From positions 28,277-92,276 of the forward strand of contig CAZTOU010000016.1 of NCBI GenBank assembly GCA_964615365.1: a stretch of DNA of 64,000 bases. Reading direction: 5' to 3'. Below, in pieces: positions 27,972 to 36,722 of this stretch. Under the pieces are notes generated by a model. The model was given only the letters and a program-made list of their open reading frames with translations, did not search any database and was not told where the DNA came from. Each line of letters opens with the position of its first letter. The stretch's first letter is position 1. A program made the translations under genes and the position numbers. The stretch is from an uncultured Spirochaetales bacterium. Lineage in GTDB: Bacteria; Myxococcota_A; UBA9160; UBA6930.

Positions 27972-28703
27972 ATGAGCAATGCCACTGCGACCATCATCGG
28001 TGCCCTCATCCTGGGTCTCGCCATCGCGGCGGGCGGCTACCTGGTCTCTAGCTCGCTCGACAGGACCAGCGCGCGGTTGGGCGATATTCATTCCGCAATG
28101 ACCGAGATGGCCGAGAATGCGAAGGCCTCGGCGAGGGCCCCCGCCCCCACGCCGGCTCGCCGGCGTGGCCCCGACCCCAACCGCAAGTACGACGTCACGG
28201 TCGGGCGAGCACCGGTCCGCGGTCCCGAGAACGCCAAGGTCACGATCGTCGAGTTCTCGGACTTCCAGTGTCCCTTCTGCGCCAAGGTCGGCCCGACCTT
28301 GAAGCGGATCGAGGAGGAGTACGGCGACCAGGTCCGCATCGCCTTCAAGCATCTCCCGCTGAACTTCCACCCGCATGCGGTCCCCGCCTCCAAGGCGGCG
28401 TTGGCGGCGGCCAAGCAGGGCAAGTTCTGGGAGATGCACGACCTGATCTTTGCGAACCAGAAAGCCCTGGGGCCCGACCGGTACCTGGCCTGGGCCGGCG
28501 AGCTGAACCTGGACGTCGACCAGTTCGAGAAGGACATGACATCGGAAGACGTCGAGAGGTGGATCGACTCGGACAAGCGCGAGGCGGCCAGGCTCGGCGT
28601 CACTGGCACCCCCGGCTTCTTCGTGAACGGCTACTTCCTCTCCGGGGCCAAGCCCTTCGAGGCTTTCAAGGCCGCGATCGACAAGCAGCTGGGCGCCGGC
28701 TAG
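27972..28703 (+). CDS. DsbA-family thiol:disulfide oxidoreductase (membrane-anchored)
   Basis: 243-aa ORF with an N-terminal TM helix and thioredoxin motif 'FSDFQCPFCAK'. 'GTPGFFVNG' (cis-Pro region). GAGGTG upstream of the ATG. Confidence 0.85.
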   Translation: MSNATATIIGALILGLAIAAGGYLVSSSLDRTSARLGDIHSAMTEMAENAKASARAPAPTPARRRGPDPNRKYDVTVGRAPVRGPENAKVTIVEFSDFQCPFCAKVGPTLKRIEEEYGDQVRIAFKHLPLNFHPHAVPASKAALAAAKQGKFWEMHDLIFANQKALGPDRYLAWAGELNLDVDQFEKDMTSEDVERWIDSDKREAARLGVTGTPGFFVNGYFLSGAKPFEAFKAAIDKQLGAG

Positions 28704-28722
28704 CGAGCCGACCAAAGAGCAG

Positions 28723-29089
28723 CGCCAACTTCGGTAAGCCAATCGCAAGATCAGGGAACTGGTCCGTGCGCCGTACACTTCATACGATCACCGACGAGCC
28801 GAGCTGTGTGGCGATCTACAAGAATCGCTTCGAGATCCGGAGTTCGAGGAGTTCATCTCCTCAAGGCGGCTGAGAGCGCGGATTCGGATGACCTCCGGGA
28901 CCCTCATCGAGGAAGACCTCGATCTCGACGGTGCGAAGGAAGTGCGCGGCGAGTTCCTGCGTTCGCCGTGCGGTGAGCCGCCGAGAGGCGGGCACGTTGG
29001 GCATGGGCTGCGGGCTGGGGTTCGAGCTCGGCGCGATCCTCCCGGTGCTGCTCTGGCTCCATCAGCGGCGGAGGCGTCTCGCCGTGTGA
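28723..29089 (+). pseudogene. Decayed paralog of the 19270-19781 gene (no start or signal peptide, 138-nt internal deletion, frame breaks) ending in a GCGL...RRRR tail
   Basis: It aligns at the DNA level with 19346-19459 and 19598-19745. It begins 20 nt after the dsbA-like stop. The last 33 codons (28991-29089) read 'GTLGMGCGLGFELGAILPVLLWLHQRRRRLAV*'. Confidence 0.5.
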
Positions 29090-29136
29090 GCCGGAGACGG
29101 CCCTCGCCCCTGTCGCCAGAAGGGCTTGAGATCATC

Positions 29137-29166
29137 AAGCCGAGCGACGTGACGAATTCGATCACG
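29137..29166. repeat. 30-nt motif copy 2 (GTGACGAATTCGATCAC near-palindrome)
   Basis: AAGCCGAGCGACGTGACGAATTCGATCACG. 26 of 30 positions are identical to 19152-19181. It lies 36 nt upstream of ATG 29202. Confidence 0.4.
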
Positions 29167-29201
29167 GGGAGTCGACCCCCGGCTTGGTTAGAATGCGGGC
29201 C

Positions 29202-30230
29202 ATGCAGAAGGGACTGATCCTGACCACCGGCATGGCTCGAGGCGACGTGGATCTGGCGGTGCGCGCCGAGGCGGCGGGCTTCGATTCCGTCTTCACCATC
29301 GAGTTCTTCAATCGGCACGGCTACGTACCCCTGGGCGCCATCGCACAGGCGACCCGGCGCATCCGCTTCGGGACGGGGATCGCCAATGCCTTTACCCGCA
29401 GCCCTCTCCTCCACGCCAGCGCGGCGATGGATCTCGACGAGCTCTCCGGGGGGCGGATGATTCTCGGGCTGGGAAGCGCCACGAGGCGCATGAACCAGAA
29501 CTGGTTCGGCGTCCCCTTCTCGGAGCCGGCCGCCCGCATGCGGGAGCTGGTCACGCTGCTTCGCCAGGCAATCGCCGCGCAGAGCGGCCTCGGCTTTCGC
29601 TTCGAGGGCCGCTTCTGGAACTTGAGCGTCCCGATCTACTCGCGGCCCGGTGCCGCGCGAACCGAAATTCCGATCTGGGTCGCCGCCGTCAACCGGGGCA
29701 TGATCGCCGCGGCGGGCGCCGTCGCCGACGCCCTGGTCGGCCACCCGATCGCGACCCGGCGCTGGCATCGCGAGGTCACCCTCCCCGGCCTGCGAAGCGC
29801 GGAGGAGAAAGCGGGCCGGGAATCCGGCGCCTGCAAGCTCGCGCCCTACGTTCTGACCTCCATCTCCGACGATCGCGATCAGGCCGTGCGCGACGCGAAG
29901 GGGCAGATCGGCTTCTACCTCACCACCGAGCTCTACCACTCGATACTCGACCTCCACGGGTTGCGCGAGGTCGGCCAGGCCTGCCGAGCGGCGCTTAGAA
30001 GCTTCGACCTCGCCGCCATGGCCGACGCCATCCCGGACCCGCTCGTCGAGGAGATCGCCATCGCCTGCACCCCGGACGAAGCGCGCGACCGCCTCGCCCA
30101 ATGGAACGATCTCACCGAGGAGCCCCTCTTCTACGCTCCCACCGTCGGGGTCGAGCCGGAACGGGTGGCCGCGAACCTCGACGCGATCCTGGATCTATTC
30201 GGCAGCCGCTCGGACGCGCCTTCGCCATAG
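29202..30230 (+). CDS. LLM-class F420/flavin-dependent oxidoreductase
   Basis: 'AEAAGFDSVFTIEFF', 'RIRFGTGIANAFTRSP' and 'RMILGLGSA' are typical of luciferase-like monooxygenases. In-frame ATGs at 29193 and 29202. A TAGAAT hexamer at 29189-29194. Confidence 0.8.
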   Translation: MQKGLILTTGMARGDVDLAVRAEAAGFDSVFTIEFFNRHGYVPLGAIAQATRRIRFGTGIANAFTRSPLLHASAAMDLDELSGGRMILGLGSATRRMNQNWFGVPFSEPAARMRELVTLLRQAIAAQSGLGFRFEGRFWNLSVPIYSRPGAARTEIPIWVAAVNRGMIAAAGAVADALVGHPIATRRWHREVTLPGLRSAEEKAGRESGACKLAPYVLTSISDDRDQAVRDAKGQIGFYLTTELYHSILDLHGLREVGQACRAALRSFDLAAMADAIPDPLVEEIAIACTPDEARDRLAQWNDLTEEPLFYAPTVGVEPERVAANLDAILDLFGSRSDAPSP

Positions 30231-30968
30231 CCACATCAGCGGCGGCAGGACGAACAGCAGCTCGGAGCTCAGGCCGCAGCCGTAGAAAGCCCCCTCCTGG
30301 TTCTTCCAGGGCTGTCCGACGCACTGCGGGTCCGGGTTCGCCACGCCGTCTCCGTCGGGATCGCTGACGTTGGCGGGGCAACCTCCGGGCTCGCCCGTGC
30401 AGATTCCCCAGATCGACTGTCCGCCGTCGAAGTCGATCAGCCCCGGATCCGGATCCGATCCCGGATCGTTGTTGATCCCGTCCTGGCACTCGGGCGCCTC
30501 GAGGGGCGCAAGGTGGTCGCCGCATCCGGGATCGTCCGGGTAGTCGACCCAGCCGTCGGAGTCGTTGTCGAGGCGGTCGTCGCACGGGTACGCCGGGTAC
30601 TCCGGCCCGAACTGGAGGATTTGCAGGCCGGCGGATCCCCGGGCGACGTAGGCGAGCTCCCCGACCACCTCGACACCCCTGCCCCAGTCCGCGGGGATGA
30701 ACCCGATCTCGACCGGAGCTGCGGGGTTCGAGAGGTCGATGATCCGAACGCCACTGGGGTTTGTGTGGACGACGTAGGCGAGCCCGCCGGCGATCTCGAC
30801 GTCCAAGACGAAGCCCGGCGTGTCGAGGGCTCCGACGTTGATCAGCGCTGCGGCGCGCTCACCTGCGACGAGCCAGAAGACGATCGCCAGGGCAACGAGG
30901 AGGATTCCCGCGGTCTGAACCCTGTTCACCAGGAGTGTGTCAAGGTGTCGCGAACCGAGCGGAGTCAT
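30195..30968 (-). CDS. Secreted LVIVD-repeat / TSP3-like Asp-rich protein with a C-terminal GCGL-TM-RRR tail
   Basis: 257-aa ORF with a signal anchor. LVIVD-like 'GGLAYVVHTNPSGVRIIDLSNPAAP' and 'GELAYVARGSAGLQILQF'. Ca-binding-like 'DNDSDGWVDYPDD' and 'DPDGDGVANPD'. The tail is 'YGCGLSSELLFVLPPLMWLWRRRVRAAAE*'. GGAGGTG upstream of the ATG. Confidence 0.7.
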   Translation of the reverse strand: MTPLGSRHLDTLLVNRVQTAGILLVALAIVFWLVAGERAAALINVGALDTPGFVLDVEIAGGLAYVVHTNPSGVRIIDLSNPAAPVEIGFIPADWGRGVEVVGELAYVARGSAGLQILQFGPEYPAYPCDDRLDNDSDGWVDYPDDPGCGDHLAPLEAPECQDGINNDPGSDPDPGLIDFDGGQSIWGICTGEPGGCPANVSDPDGDGVANPDPQCVGQPWKNQEGAFYGCGLSSELLFVLPPLMWLWRRRVRAAAE

Positions 30969-31000
30969 AGTGGCACCTCCGGGGAGTCACTTCGCCATCC

Positions 31001-31029
31001 ATCCTACGCGCGCTGTGAAATCGGGTCAA
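31001..31029 (-). promoter_or_regulatory. Candidate sigma70-type promoter for the LVIVD-repeat gene
   Basis: On the minus strand: TTGACC (31029-31024), a 17-nt spacer, then TAGGAT (31006-31001), about 33 nt upstream of ATG 30968. Confidence 0.3.
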
Positions 31030-31204
31030 TCAATCCTTACTGAGTGAGTACCCATAGCGGTTGCGATGGTGAACCGACCCCCTGAGAAGCCAAGAGGTGT
31101 GGCAGCATCTCAAACATGCAACACAGATCTCAGTAGCTGCTCCCTAGGCAGAGTCAGGGGACCGCGTTCCACCCCGGAGTAACTGACGCGAGCGCTCCTC
31201 GGCG

Positions 31205-31753
31205 TTAGAGGGGCAGATCGGCCCGGGTGAAGATCGCCTCCAGCTCGAGCCCGCGCTCGGCGAAGGCCTCCCGCGCCCCCTCGCCGCGATCGACCAGACA
31301 CAGCACCCGCGCCACCTTGCCGCCCGCCGCCTCCACCGCGTCGACCGCGTCGAGCGTGGAGCCGCCGGTGGTGGTGGTGTCCTCGACCAGCGCGACGCTC
31401 TGGCCGGCCTCGAAGCCCCCCTCGATCTGTCGGCCGAGACCGTGCTTCTTCGCCTCCTTGCGGACGAAGAAACCGAGGAGCGTCGTGTCCGGATCCCGCT
31501 CGGCGGCGGCGAGCAGGATCGCCGAGACGAAGGGGACCGCGCCGACGGCCATGCCGCCGACCGCATCCACGGGCGGCCCTCCGAGGAGCTTGTCGAGGGC
31601 GAGCTGCCCCGCCAGTTGCGCGCCGCGCGGGCGCATCAGCGTCTGGCGGAGGTCGAGATAGAAGTCACTCTCCCTGCCACTCCGGAGCGTCACGCGGCGC
31701 TTCTCGAAGGAGACCTCCAGGATCAGTTTCAGCAGCTCGTCCCTCGCGCTCAT
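31205..31753 (-). CDS. pyrE: Orotate phosphoribosyltransferase
   Basis: 182 aa from ATG 31753, which is preceded by GGAGGGG. PRPP-binding loop 'VALVEDTTTTGGS' and 'RESDFYLDLR'. Confidence 0.9.
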   Translation of the reverse strand: MSARDELLKLILEVSFEKRRVTLRSGRESDFYLDLRQTLMRPRGAQLAGQLALDKLLGGPPVDAVGGMAVGAVPFVSAILLAAAERDPDTTLLGFFVRKEAKKHGLGRQIEGGFEAGQSVALVEDTTTTGGSTLDAVDAVEAAGGKVARVLCLVDRGEGAREAFAERGLELEAIFTRADLPL

Positions 31754-31772
31754 CTCGCTCCCCTCCGGTCCC

Positions 31773-32948
31773 TCATTGCTTGCGGATCCCCAGCATGAAC
31801 TCCGCGATGATCTTGTTGTGCAGCTCGCTGGTGCCCTCTCCGAACTCCAGCGCCTTGGCCTCCAGCAGCAGGCGCCCGACCTCGTACTCCTCGGAGAGAC
31901 CATAGCCACCGTGGATCTGGATCGCGTCGAGGGCGTTCTGCACGGCGGCCTGGCTGGCCATCAGCTTCGCCATCGACGCCTCCATCGAGGCACGGGGCAC
32001 GCCGCCATCCTTCATCCGCCCGAGCTGGTAGACCAGAGAGCGGGCGGCCTGGGTGCGGCAGGCCATGTCGGCGATCTTCTTCTGAATCATCTGGAACTCG
32101 GCGATCTTCTGTCCGAAGGCCTCCCGGTCCAGCGAGTAGGGCACGGCCAGGTCGATGCAGCGCTGGGCCTGACCGACGCAGCGCGCCGCCACCGAGAAGC
32201 GGCCGGTGTCGAGAGCGGACCCCAGCACGGGGAACCCCTTGCCGGGCTCGCCGAGCAGGGCCTCGTCGGGAACGAATGCGTCCTCGAAGTGGACCTCTGC
32301 CAGGTTGTCGCGCCGGAGGGTGCGCATCGGAAAGTCGCCGATGCGAATCCCGTCGCCGTGCGGGTCCACGAGAAAGGCGGTGACGCCCCGGTGCTTGCTC
32401 TCGCGATCGACGGTCGCCACCACCAGGAAGAGCCCCGCGTGGGCGGCGTGGGAGATGAAGACCTTCGTCCCGTTGAGACGCCAGCCGCCACCCACCTTCA
32501 CCGCGAGGGTGCGCATGTTGGCGAGGTCGGTTCCCCCGTCGGGCTCGGTCAGGCACGCCGAGGTGAGACAGCTTCCGTCGGCCATGGCCGGGAGCCAGCG
32601 CCGCTTCTGATCTTCGGAGCCGTAGCGGAGGATCGATCCGGCCAGGAGAGAGTTGGTGACGGAGACGACCGAGGCGACCACCCAGTCGACCCTCGCCAGC
32701 TCCTCGCAGATGATCCCGTAGCTCATCACGTCGATGAAGGAGCCTCCGTACTCCTCGGGGATCATCGGCGCGATGTAGCCGAGCGGAACGAGCTTCTGGA
32801 TCAGATCGAGCGGATAGCGGGCCTCCCGCTCGTACTGCTCGACGAAGGGCTGGATCTCCTTCTCGGCGAATCCGCGCACCGCGGCGCGGATCTGGCGCTG
32901 CTCGGGCGTCAGGTCGAAGTCCATCATCCGGTCGAGAGGGGTCTCCAT
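31773..32948 (-). CDS. Acyl-CoA dehydrogenase
   Basis: 391 aa from ATG 32948. 'LTPEQRQIRAAVRGFAEKEI', 'CLTEPDGGTDL' and C-terminal 'FGEGTSELHNKIIA'. Confidence 0.9.
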   Translation of the reverse strand: METPLDRMMDFDLTPEQRQIRAAVRGFAEKEIQPFVEQYEREARYPLDLIQKLVPLGYIAPMIPEEYGGSFIDVMSYGIICEELARVDWVVASVVSVTNSLLAGSILRYGSEDQKRRWLPAMADGSCLTSACLTEPDGGTDLANMRTLAVKVGGGWRLNGTKVFISHAAHAGLFLVVATVDRESKHRGVTAFLVDPHGDGIRIGDFPMRTLRRDNLAEVHFEDAFVPDEALLGEPGKGFPVLGSALDTGRFSVAARCVGQAQRCIDLAVPYSLDREAFGQKIAEFQMIQKKIADMACRTQAARSLVYQLGRMKDGGVPRASMEASMAKLMASQAAVQNALDAIQIHGGYGLSEEYEVGRLLLEAKALEFGEGTSELHNKIIAEFMLGIRKQ

Positions 32949-33042
32949 CGGCGCTCCCAGGCTGCAAATCCGGCCCAAGGGTAGACGCAACCGCCCCTCT
33001 CGCCTACTTTCCGCCGGCCCCAAGAACGCTCCGGAGGAGCCG

Positions 33043-33171
33043 ATGAGGAAGTCGACCAAGCTCCCCCACAGGAACCGCTCCAAGACCGCTCGCCATCGCG
33101 CCAGGCTGAAGGCGAAGCACCGCAGGACACGCCTGCGCCGAAGCCGCGGCGGGCGCAAGAGCTACCGCTGA
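33043..33171 (+). CDS. Small, extremely basic protein (42 aa), not in the ORF track
   Basis: 'MRKSTKLPHRNRSKTARHRARLKAKHRRTRLRRSRGGRKSYR'. GGAGGAG lies 4 nt upstream. By my count 38 of 42 codons end in G or C. It sits in a 292-nt gap between two minus-strand genes. Confidence 0.4.
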   Translation: MRKSTKLPHRNRSKTARHRARLKAKHRRTRLRRSRGGRKSYR

Positions 33172-33240
33172 ACTTCGCTCGGCAGGCCTCTTCGACTCCG
33201 CTCGCCCCCGGCTCGCTGCGCGCACCTTCGGTGCTTGCGG

Positions 33241-34203
33241 CTAGCCGACCGCGTCCCCCAGCTCGCCGATCGCCCGATCCAGCGCCCCGTCCACGGCGCG
33301 CTCCCAGATCTTGACGCCGTCCGTGTCGGATCCCGGGGGGAACAGGATCCCGCGGGAGGAGTTGACGACGCCGCCCTCCAGGCGGCCAGAGGGCCCGGCC
33401 ACGAAGCCGGACACCGCGTCCCGGGCTCCGCCGCCCTGGGCACCGTACCCGGGCACCAGAAAGAGGGCCCGGGGCAGGAGCTCCCGGATCCTCTGATGCA
33501 CCCCCGGGTAGGTTGCCCCGACCACCACGCCGAGGGACGACCAGCCCGTCTCGGGGCCCTTCATGCGCTCTGCGAGTCCGGTGAGGGATTCCGCGACCCG
33601 CTCGTAGAGGGGCTCCCCATCGAGACTGCGATCCTGGAGATCGCCGGAGCCCGGGTTGCTGGTCTTCACCAGGACGAAGACGCCCGCGCCCGTCTCCCCC
33701 GCCGCCTTCTCCAGGGGCTCCAGCGTGTCGAGGCCCAGGTAGGGGTTCGCGGTGATGGCATCCACCGGGAGCGCCGCCTGGCTGCCGAGGTAGGCCTCCG
33801 CGTAGCCGCGGGCGGTCGATCCGATGTCACCCCGCTTGGCGTCGAGGAGAACCAGGAGGCCCCGCTCCCGTGCCACGGCGACCACCGCGTCGAGCGCCTG
33901 CATGCCCCGCCAGCCGAGGCGCTCGAAGAAGGCGATCTGGGGCTTCACGATCGCGACCCTTCCCGCCAGCCGATCCAGCATCGCCAGGCAGAACGACTCG
34001 ACCGCCGCGACGGTCTCGGGGGCCGCGGGAGCCATTCCGCCACGGCAGAAGAGAGGCGGGAAGCGATCCAGATGGGGGTCCAGACCGACGCAGAGAGGGT
34101 GGCCGAGCCGGCGTGTGGCCGCGATGAGGCGATCGGCGAACGCTGTCCGGATGATCTCGCTCCCGGGAAGATCCCGCCGGGAGTATATCCGAACGGCTAG
34201 CAT
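33241..34203 (-). CDS. pyrF: Orotidine-5'-phosphate decarboxylase (long, type 2 form)
   Basis: 320-aa ORF with 'PLCVGLDPH', 'IVKPQIAFFE', 'LLDAKRGDIGST' and 'VLVKTSNPG'. Confidence 0.85.
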   Translation of the reverse strand: MLAVRIYSRRDLPGSEIIRTAFADRLIAATRRLGHPLCVGLDPHLDRFPPLFCRGGMAPAAPETVAAVESFCLAMLDRLAGRVAIVKPQIAFFERLGWRGMQALDAVVAVARERGLLVLLDAKRGDIGSTARGYAEAYLGSQAALPVDAITANPYLGLDTLEPLEKAAGETGAGVFVLVKTSNPGSGDLQDRSLDGEPLYERVAESLTGLAERMKGPETGWSSLGVVVGATYPGVHQRIRELLPRALFLVPGYGAQGGGARDAVSGFVAGPSGRLEGGVVNSSRGILFPPGSDTDGVKIWERAVDGALDRAIGELGDAVG

Positions 34204-34211
34204 TCTCGGGC

Positions 34212-35324
34212 ATGGGCCAGCCGTTCCGGTACATCCTCGAGCAGACCAGCGGCCGGGCCCGCGCCGGCGTGTTCACCACGCCCCACGGTGAGATCCACAC
34301 CCCCGCCTTCATGGTGGTCGGCACCCAGGGCGCGGTGCGCGCCATGACGCCCGAGCAGCTTCGGGGCACCGGGACGGAGGTGCTGCTCGCCAACACCTAT
34401 CACCTCGCCCTGCGCCCCGGCGAGAAGCTGGTGGCCAAGCTCGGCGGGCTGCACCAGTTCATGCGCTGGGAGGGCCCGCTGCTGACCGACAGCGGCGGCT
34501 TCCAGGTCTTCTCGCTGCCCAAGAAGGAGATCAGCGACCAGGGGGTGCGCTTCAAGAACGAGGTGAACGGATCGACCATGGAGCTCACCCCGGAGCGCTC
34601 CGTGGAGATCCAGAACCAGCTCGGCGCCGACATCATCATGGCCTTCGACGAATGCACGCCCTATCCGGCAGACCAGAAGCTCGCCGGGGCGGGGGTGCGG
34701 CGAACCCTCTCGTGGATGGAGCGCTGTCTCCGGGCCCACCGGCACGGCAACCGGCAGGCCCTGTTCGGGATCGTCCAGGGCAGCGTCTACGAGCATCTGC
34801 GCGCGGCCTGTGCGAGCTCTCTGGTGGCGCTCGACCTGCCCGGCTACGCCATCGGCGGAGTCTCGGTCGGCGAGGGACACGAGCTGCTCTGCAAGATCAC
34901 CGCCCTGACCGCGCCCCTGCTCCCCGATTCCAAGCCCCGCTATCTGATGGGCGTGGGGCTGCCCGAGGATCTCCTCGCCGCGATCGGCGAGGGGATCGAT
35001 CTCTTCGACTGCGTGATCCCTACCCGCTACGCGCGCTCAGCGAGCGTCTTCACCTCGCGCGGGCGCATCCGTCTCAGCCATCGCCGCTACCGCCGCGACG
35101 CCTATCCGATCGACACCTCCTGCGACTGCGCCGCCTGCGCGGGCGGCTTCTCGCGCGCCTACCTGCACCATCTCTTCGCATCCAACGAAGTGCTCTCCGC
35201 CATCCTGGCCTCGATCCACAACACCCACTTCTACCAGCAGCTGATGCGGGGCGCGCGCGAGGCCGTCCTCGCCCGCCGCTACGACGACTTCCATCGCGAG
35301 TTCCTGGAGCTCTACCAAGGCTGA
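34212..35324 (+). CDS. tgt: tRNA-guanine transglycosylase (queuine tRNA-ribosyltransferase)
   Basis: 370-aa ORF with 'TPAFMVVGTQGAV', 'LANTYHL', 'LTDSGGFQVFSL' and the Zn site 'CDCAAC...HHL'. Confidence 0.95.
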   Translation: MGQPFRYILEQTSGRARAGVFTTPHGEIHTPAFMVVGTQGAVRAMTPEQLRGTGTEVLLANTYHLALRPGEKLVAKLGGLHQFMRWEGPLLTDSGGFQVFSLPKKEISDQGVRFKNEVNGSTMELTPERSVEIQNQLGADIIMAFDECTPYPADQKLAGAGVRRTLSWMERCLRAHRHGNRQALFGIVQGSVYEHLRAACASSLVALDLPGYAIGGVSVGEGHELLCKITALTAPLLPDSKPRYLMGVGLPEDLLAAIGEGIDLFDCVIPTRYARSASVFTSRGRIRLSHRRYRRDAYPIDTSCDCAACAGGFSRAYLHHLFASNEVLSAILASIHNTHFYQQLMRGAREAVLARRYDDFHREFLELYQG

Positions 35325-35363
35325 TCCGGAGTACGGCTGTTACTCTCCGGTGGGGAGTCCGAG

Positions 35364-35858
35364 ATGAGCCGTCGATACAGCGGTCCGCCGCTGACCACCG
35401 AGCAGGTGCTGGAGCGATACAGCTCGGGCCCCAAGAGCGGGTTGTTCACCGACGGCTCCTGTGAGGGGAACCCGGGCCCCGGCGGCTGGGGCTTCGTCTG
35501 GGTCGAGAACGACGAGATCGTGCAGGAGCGGTGCGGCAGCGATGCCGACACCACCAACAATCGCATGGAGCTCACCGCCCTGATCGAGGCGCTCCGCGTC
35601 CTTCCCGAGGACGCCGAGATCACCGTCTACTCGGACAGCCAGCTCTGCGTGAAGACGGTGAACGAGTGGGCAGCGGGCTGGGAGAAGCGCGGCTGGAAGC
35701 GCAAGAGCGGACCGATCGCCAACCTGGAGCGGGTGAAGCGGTTCTACGAGCTGGCCCGAGCCCATCCGCGGGTTCGCATCGAGTGGATCAGGGCCCACGA
35801 CGGCTCGCGCTGGAACGAGTACGCGGACGCCCTGGCGTCCCGTCATCTAATCGGGTAG
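35364..35858 (+). CDS. rnhA: Ribonuclease HI
   Basis: 164-aa ORF with 'TDGSCEGNPGPGGWGF', 'TNNRMELTALIEAL', 'VYSDSQ' and 'NEYADALA'. Confidence 0.9.
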   Translation: MSRRYSGPPLTTEQVLERYSSGPKSGLFTDGSCEGNPGPGGWGFVWVENDEIVQERCGSDADTTNNRMELTALIEALRVLPEDAEITVYSDSQLCVKTVNEWAAGWEKRGWKRKSGPIANLERVKRFYELARAHPRVRIEWIRAHDGSRWNEYADALASRHLIG

Positions 35859-36722
35859 CGAGGCCGGCTCCTCCGGGATGGCGCAGCTCACCGGGAGGTC
35901 GGCGAGCGCCGCAGCGAAGAGCTCTCGGTTCTTTTCGCCCAGATCGTCGCGCAGCAGCACCTCGCAAACCTCTCCCGAGGCGATACGCTGCACGTCGACC
36001 GCGACCGCCCAGAGGAAGAGCGCCGCCAGACCGGCGGCGACCCACCGCATCCAGCGCGGAGAGGGGCCCAGGGGAATCGGCCCCGCACCGCGGGAGACGA
36101 GGGCCATCGCGGCCATTCCACCGGCGAAGCCGCCGAAGTGCGCAGACCAGGCGATTTTGAAGGGGAGCACGACAGCCAGGAGTGCATCCCCGACCAGAGC
36201 GATGGGGATGACCCACCTTACCCGGCGCAGCAGGGGCGTCAGGGACCTCTTCTGTCGCAGCACCAGTGTCCCCCAAGCCCCGAGCATTCCGAAGATCGCC
36301 CCGGAGGCTCCCACCACCACAGTTCCTCCCGGCGGCACGGCGACGGTGGCGAGCGAGCCGGCGAGCATCGAGAGAGCGATGACCAGCAGTGTCCTCAGGC
36401 TCCCGACCTGTGCCTCCAGCGCTGCACCCAATCCCAGCAAGCCCGCCAGATTCATCGTGAAGTGGATATCGTCCGCGTGCAGGAGAGGGGCGGTGAAGAT
36501 GCGGAAGACCTCCCCCTCCCGTACCAACTCCGGGTCGAGGCCACCGACCAGGTACGCCGAGTGGCCGGTGCCGTCCTCGGTGAGCGCGTTCGCCCACCAA
36601 AGGGCCGCGAAGACCAGCGAGAGCAGTGCGGCGAAGCTGAGGGTCGTGGTAGCGCCATGGTACTGAACACCGTCGGGGCCCGTCGTCCAGAAGCTCGGGC
36701 GGAGCCGGTCACCTTCGCTCAT
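35847..36722 (-). CDS. Rhomboid-family intramembrane serine protease, translationally coupled to the RHS gene
   Basis: 291 aa from ATG 36722, which overlaps the RHS stop as ATGA. 'RIFTAPLLHADDIHFTMNL', catalytic 'GASGAIFG' and 'HFGGFAGG'. There is an extra C-terminal TM helix and a tail. Confidence 0.8.
   Translation of the reverse strand: MSEGDRLRPSFWTTGPDGVQYHGATTTLSFAALLSLVFAALWWANALTEDGTGHSAYLVGGLDPELVREGEVFRIFTAPLLHADDIHFTMNLAGLLGLGAALEAQVGSLRTLLVIALSMLAGSLATVAVPPGGTVVVGASGAIFGMLGAWGTLVLRQKRSLTPLLRRVRWVIPIALVGDALLAVVLPFKIAWSAHFGGFAGGMAAMALVSRGAGPIPLGPSPRWMRWVAAGLAALFLWAVAVDVQRIASGEVCEVLLRDDLGEKNRELFAAALADLPVSCAIPEEPASLPD

Noticed and set aside
19152-29166. Interpreting the 30-nt dyad motif as an integron attC-like or other recombination site flanking gene cassettes
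   Set aside because: There is no integrase or recombinase in the window. The motif lacks the R''/R' core pattern I associate with attC. Only two full copies exist. A regulatory site or a duplication remnant is more parsimonious.
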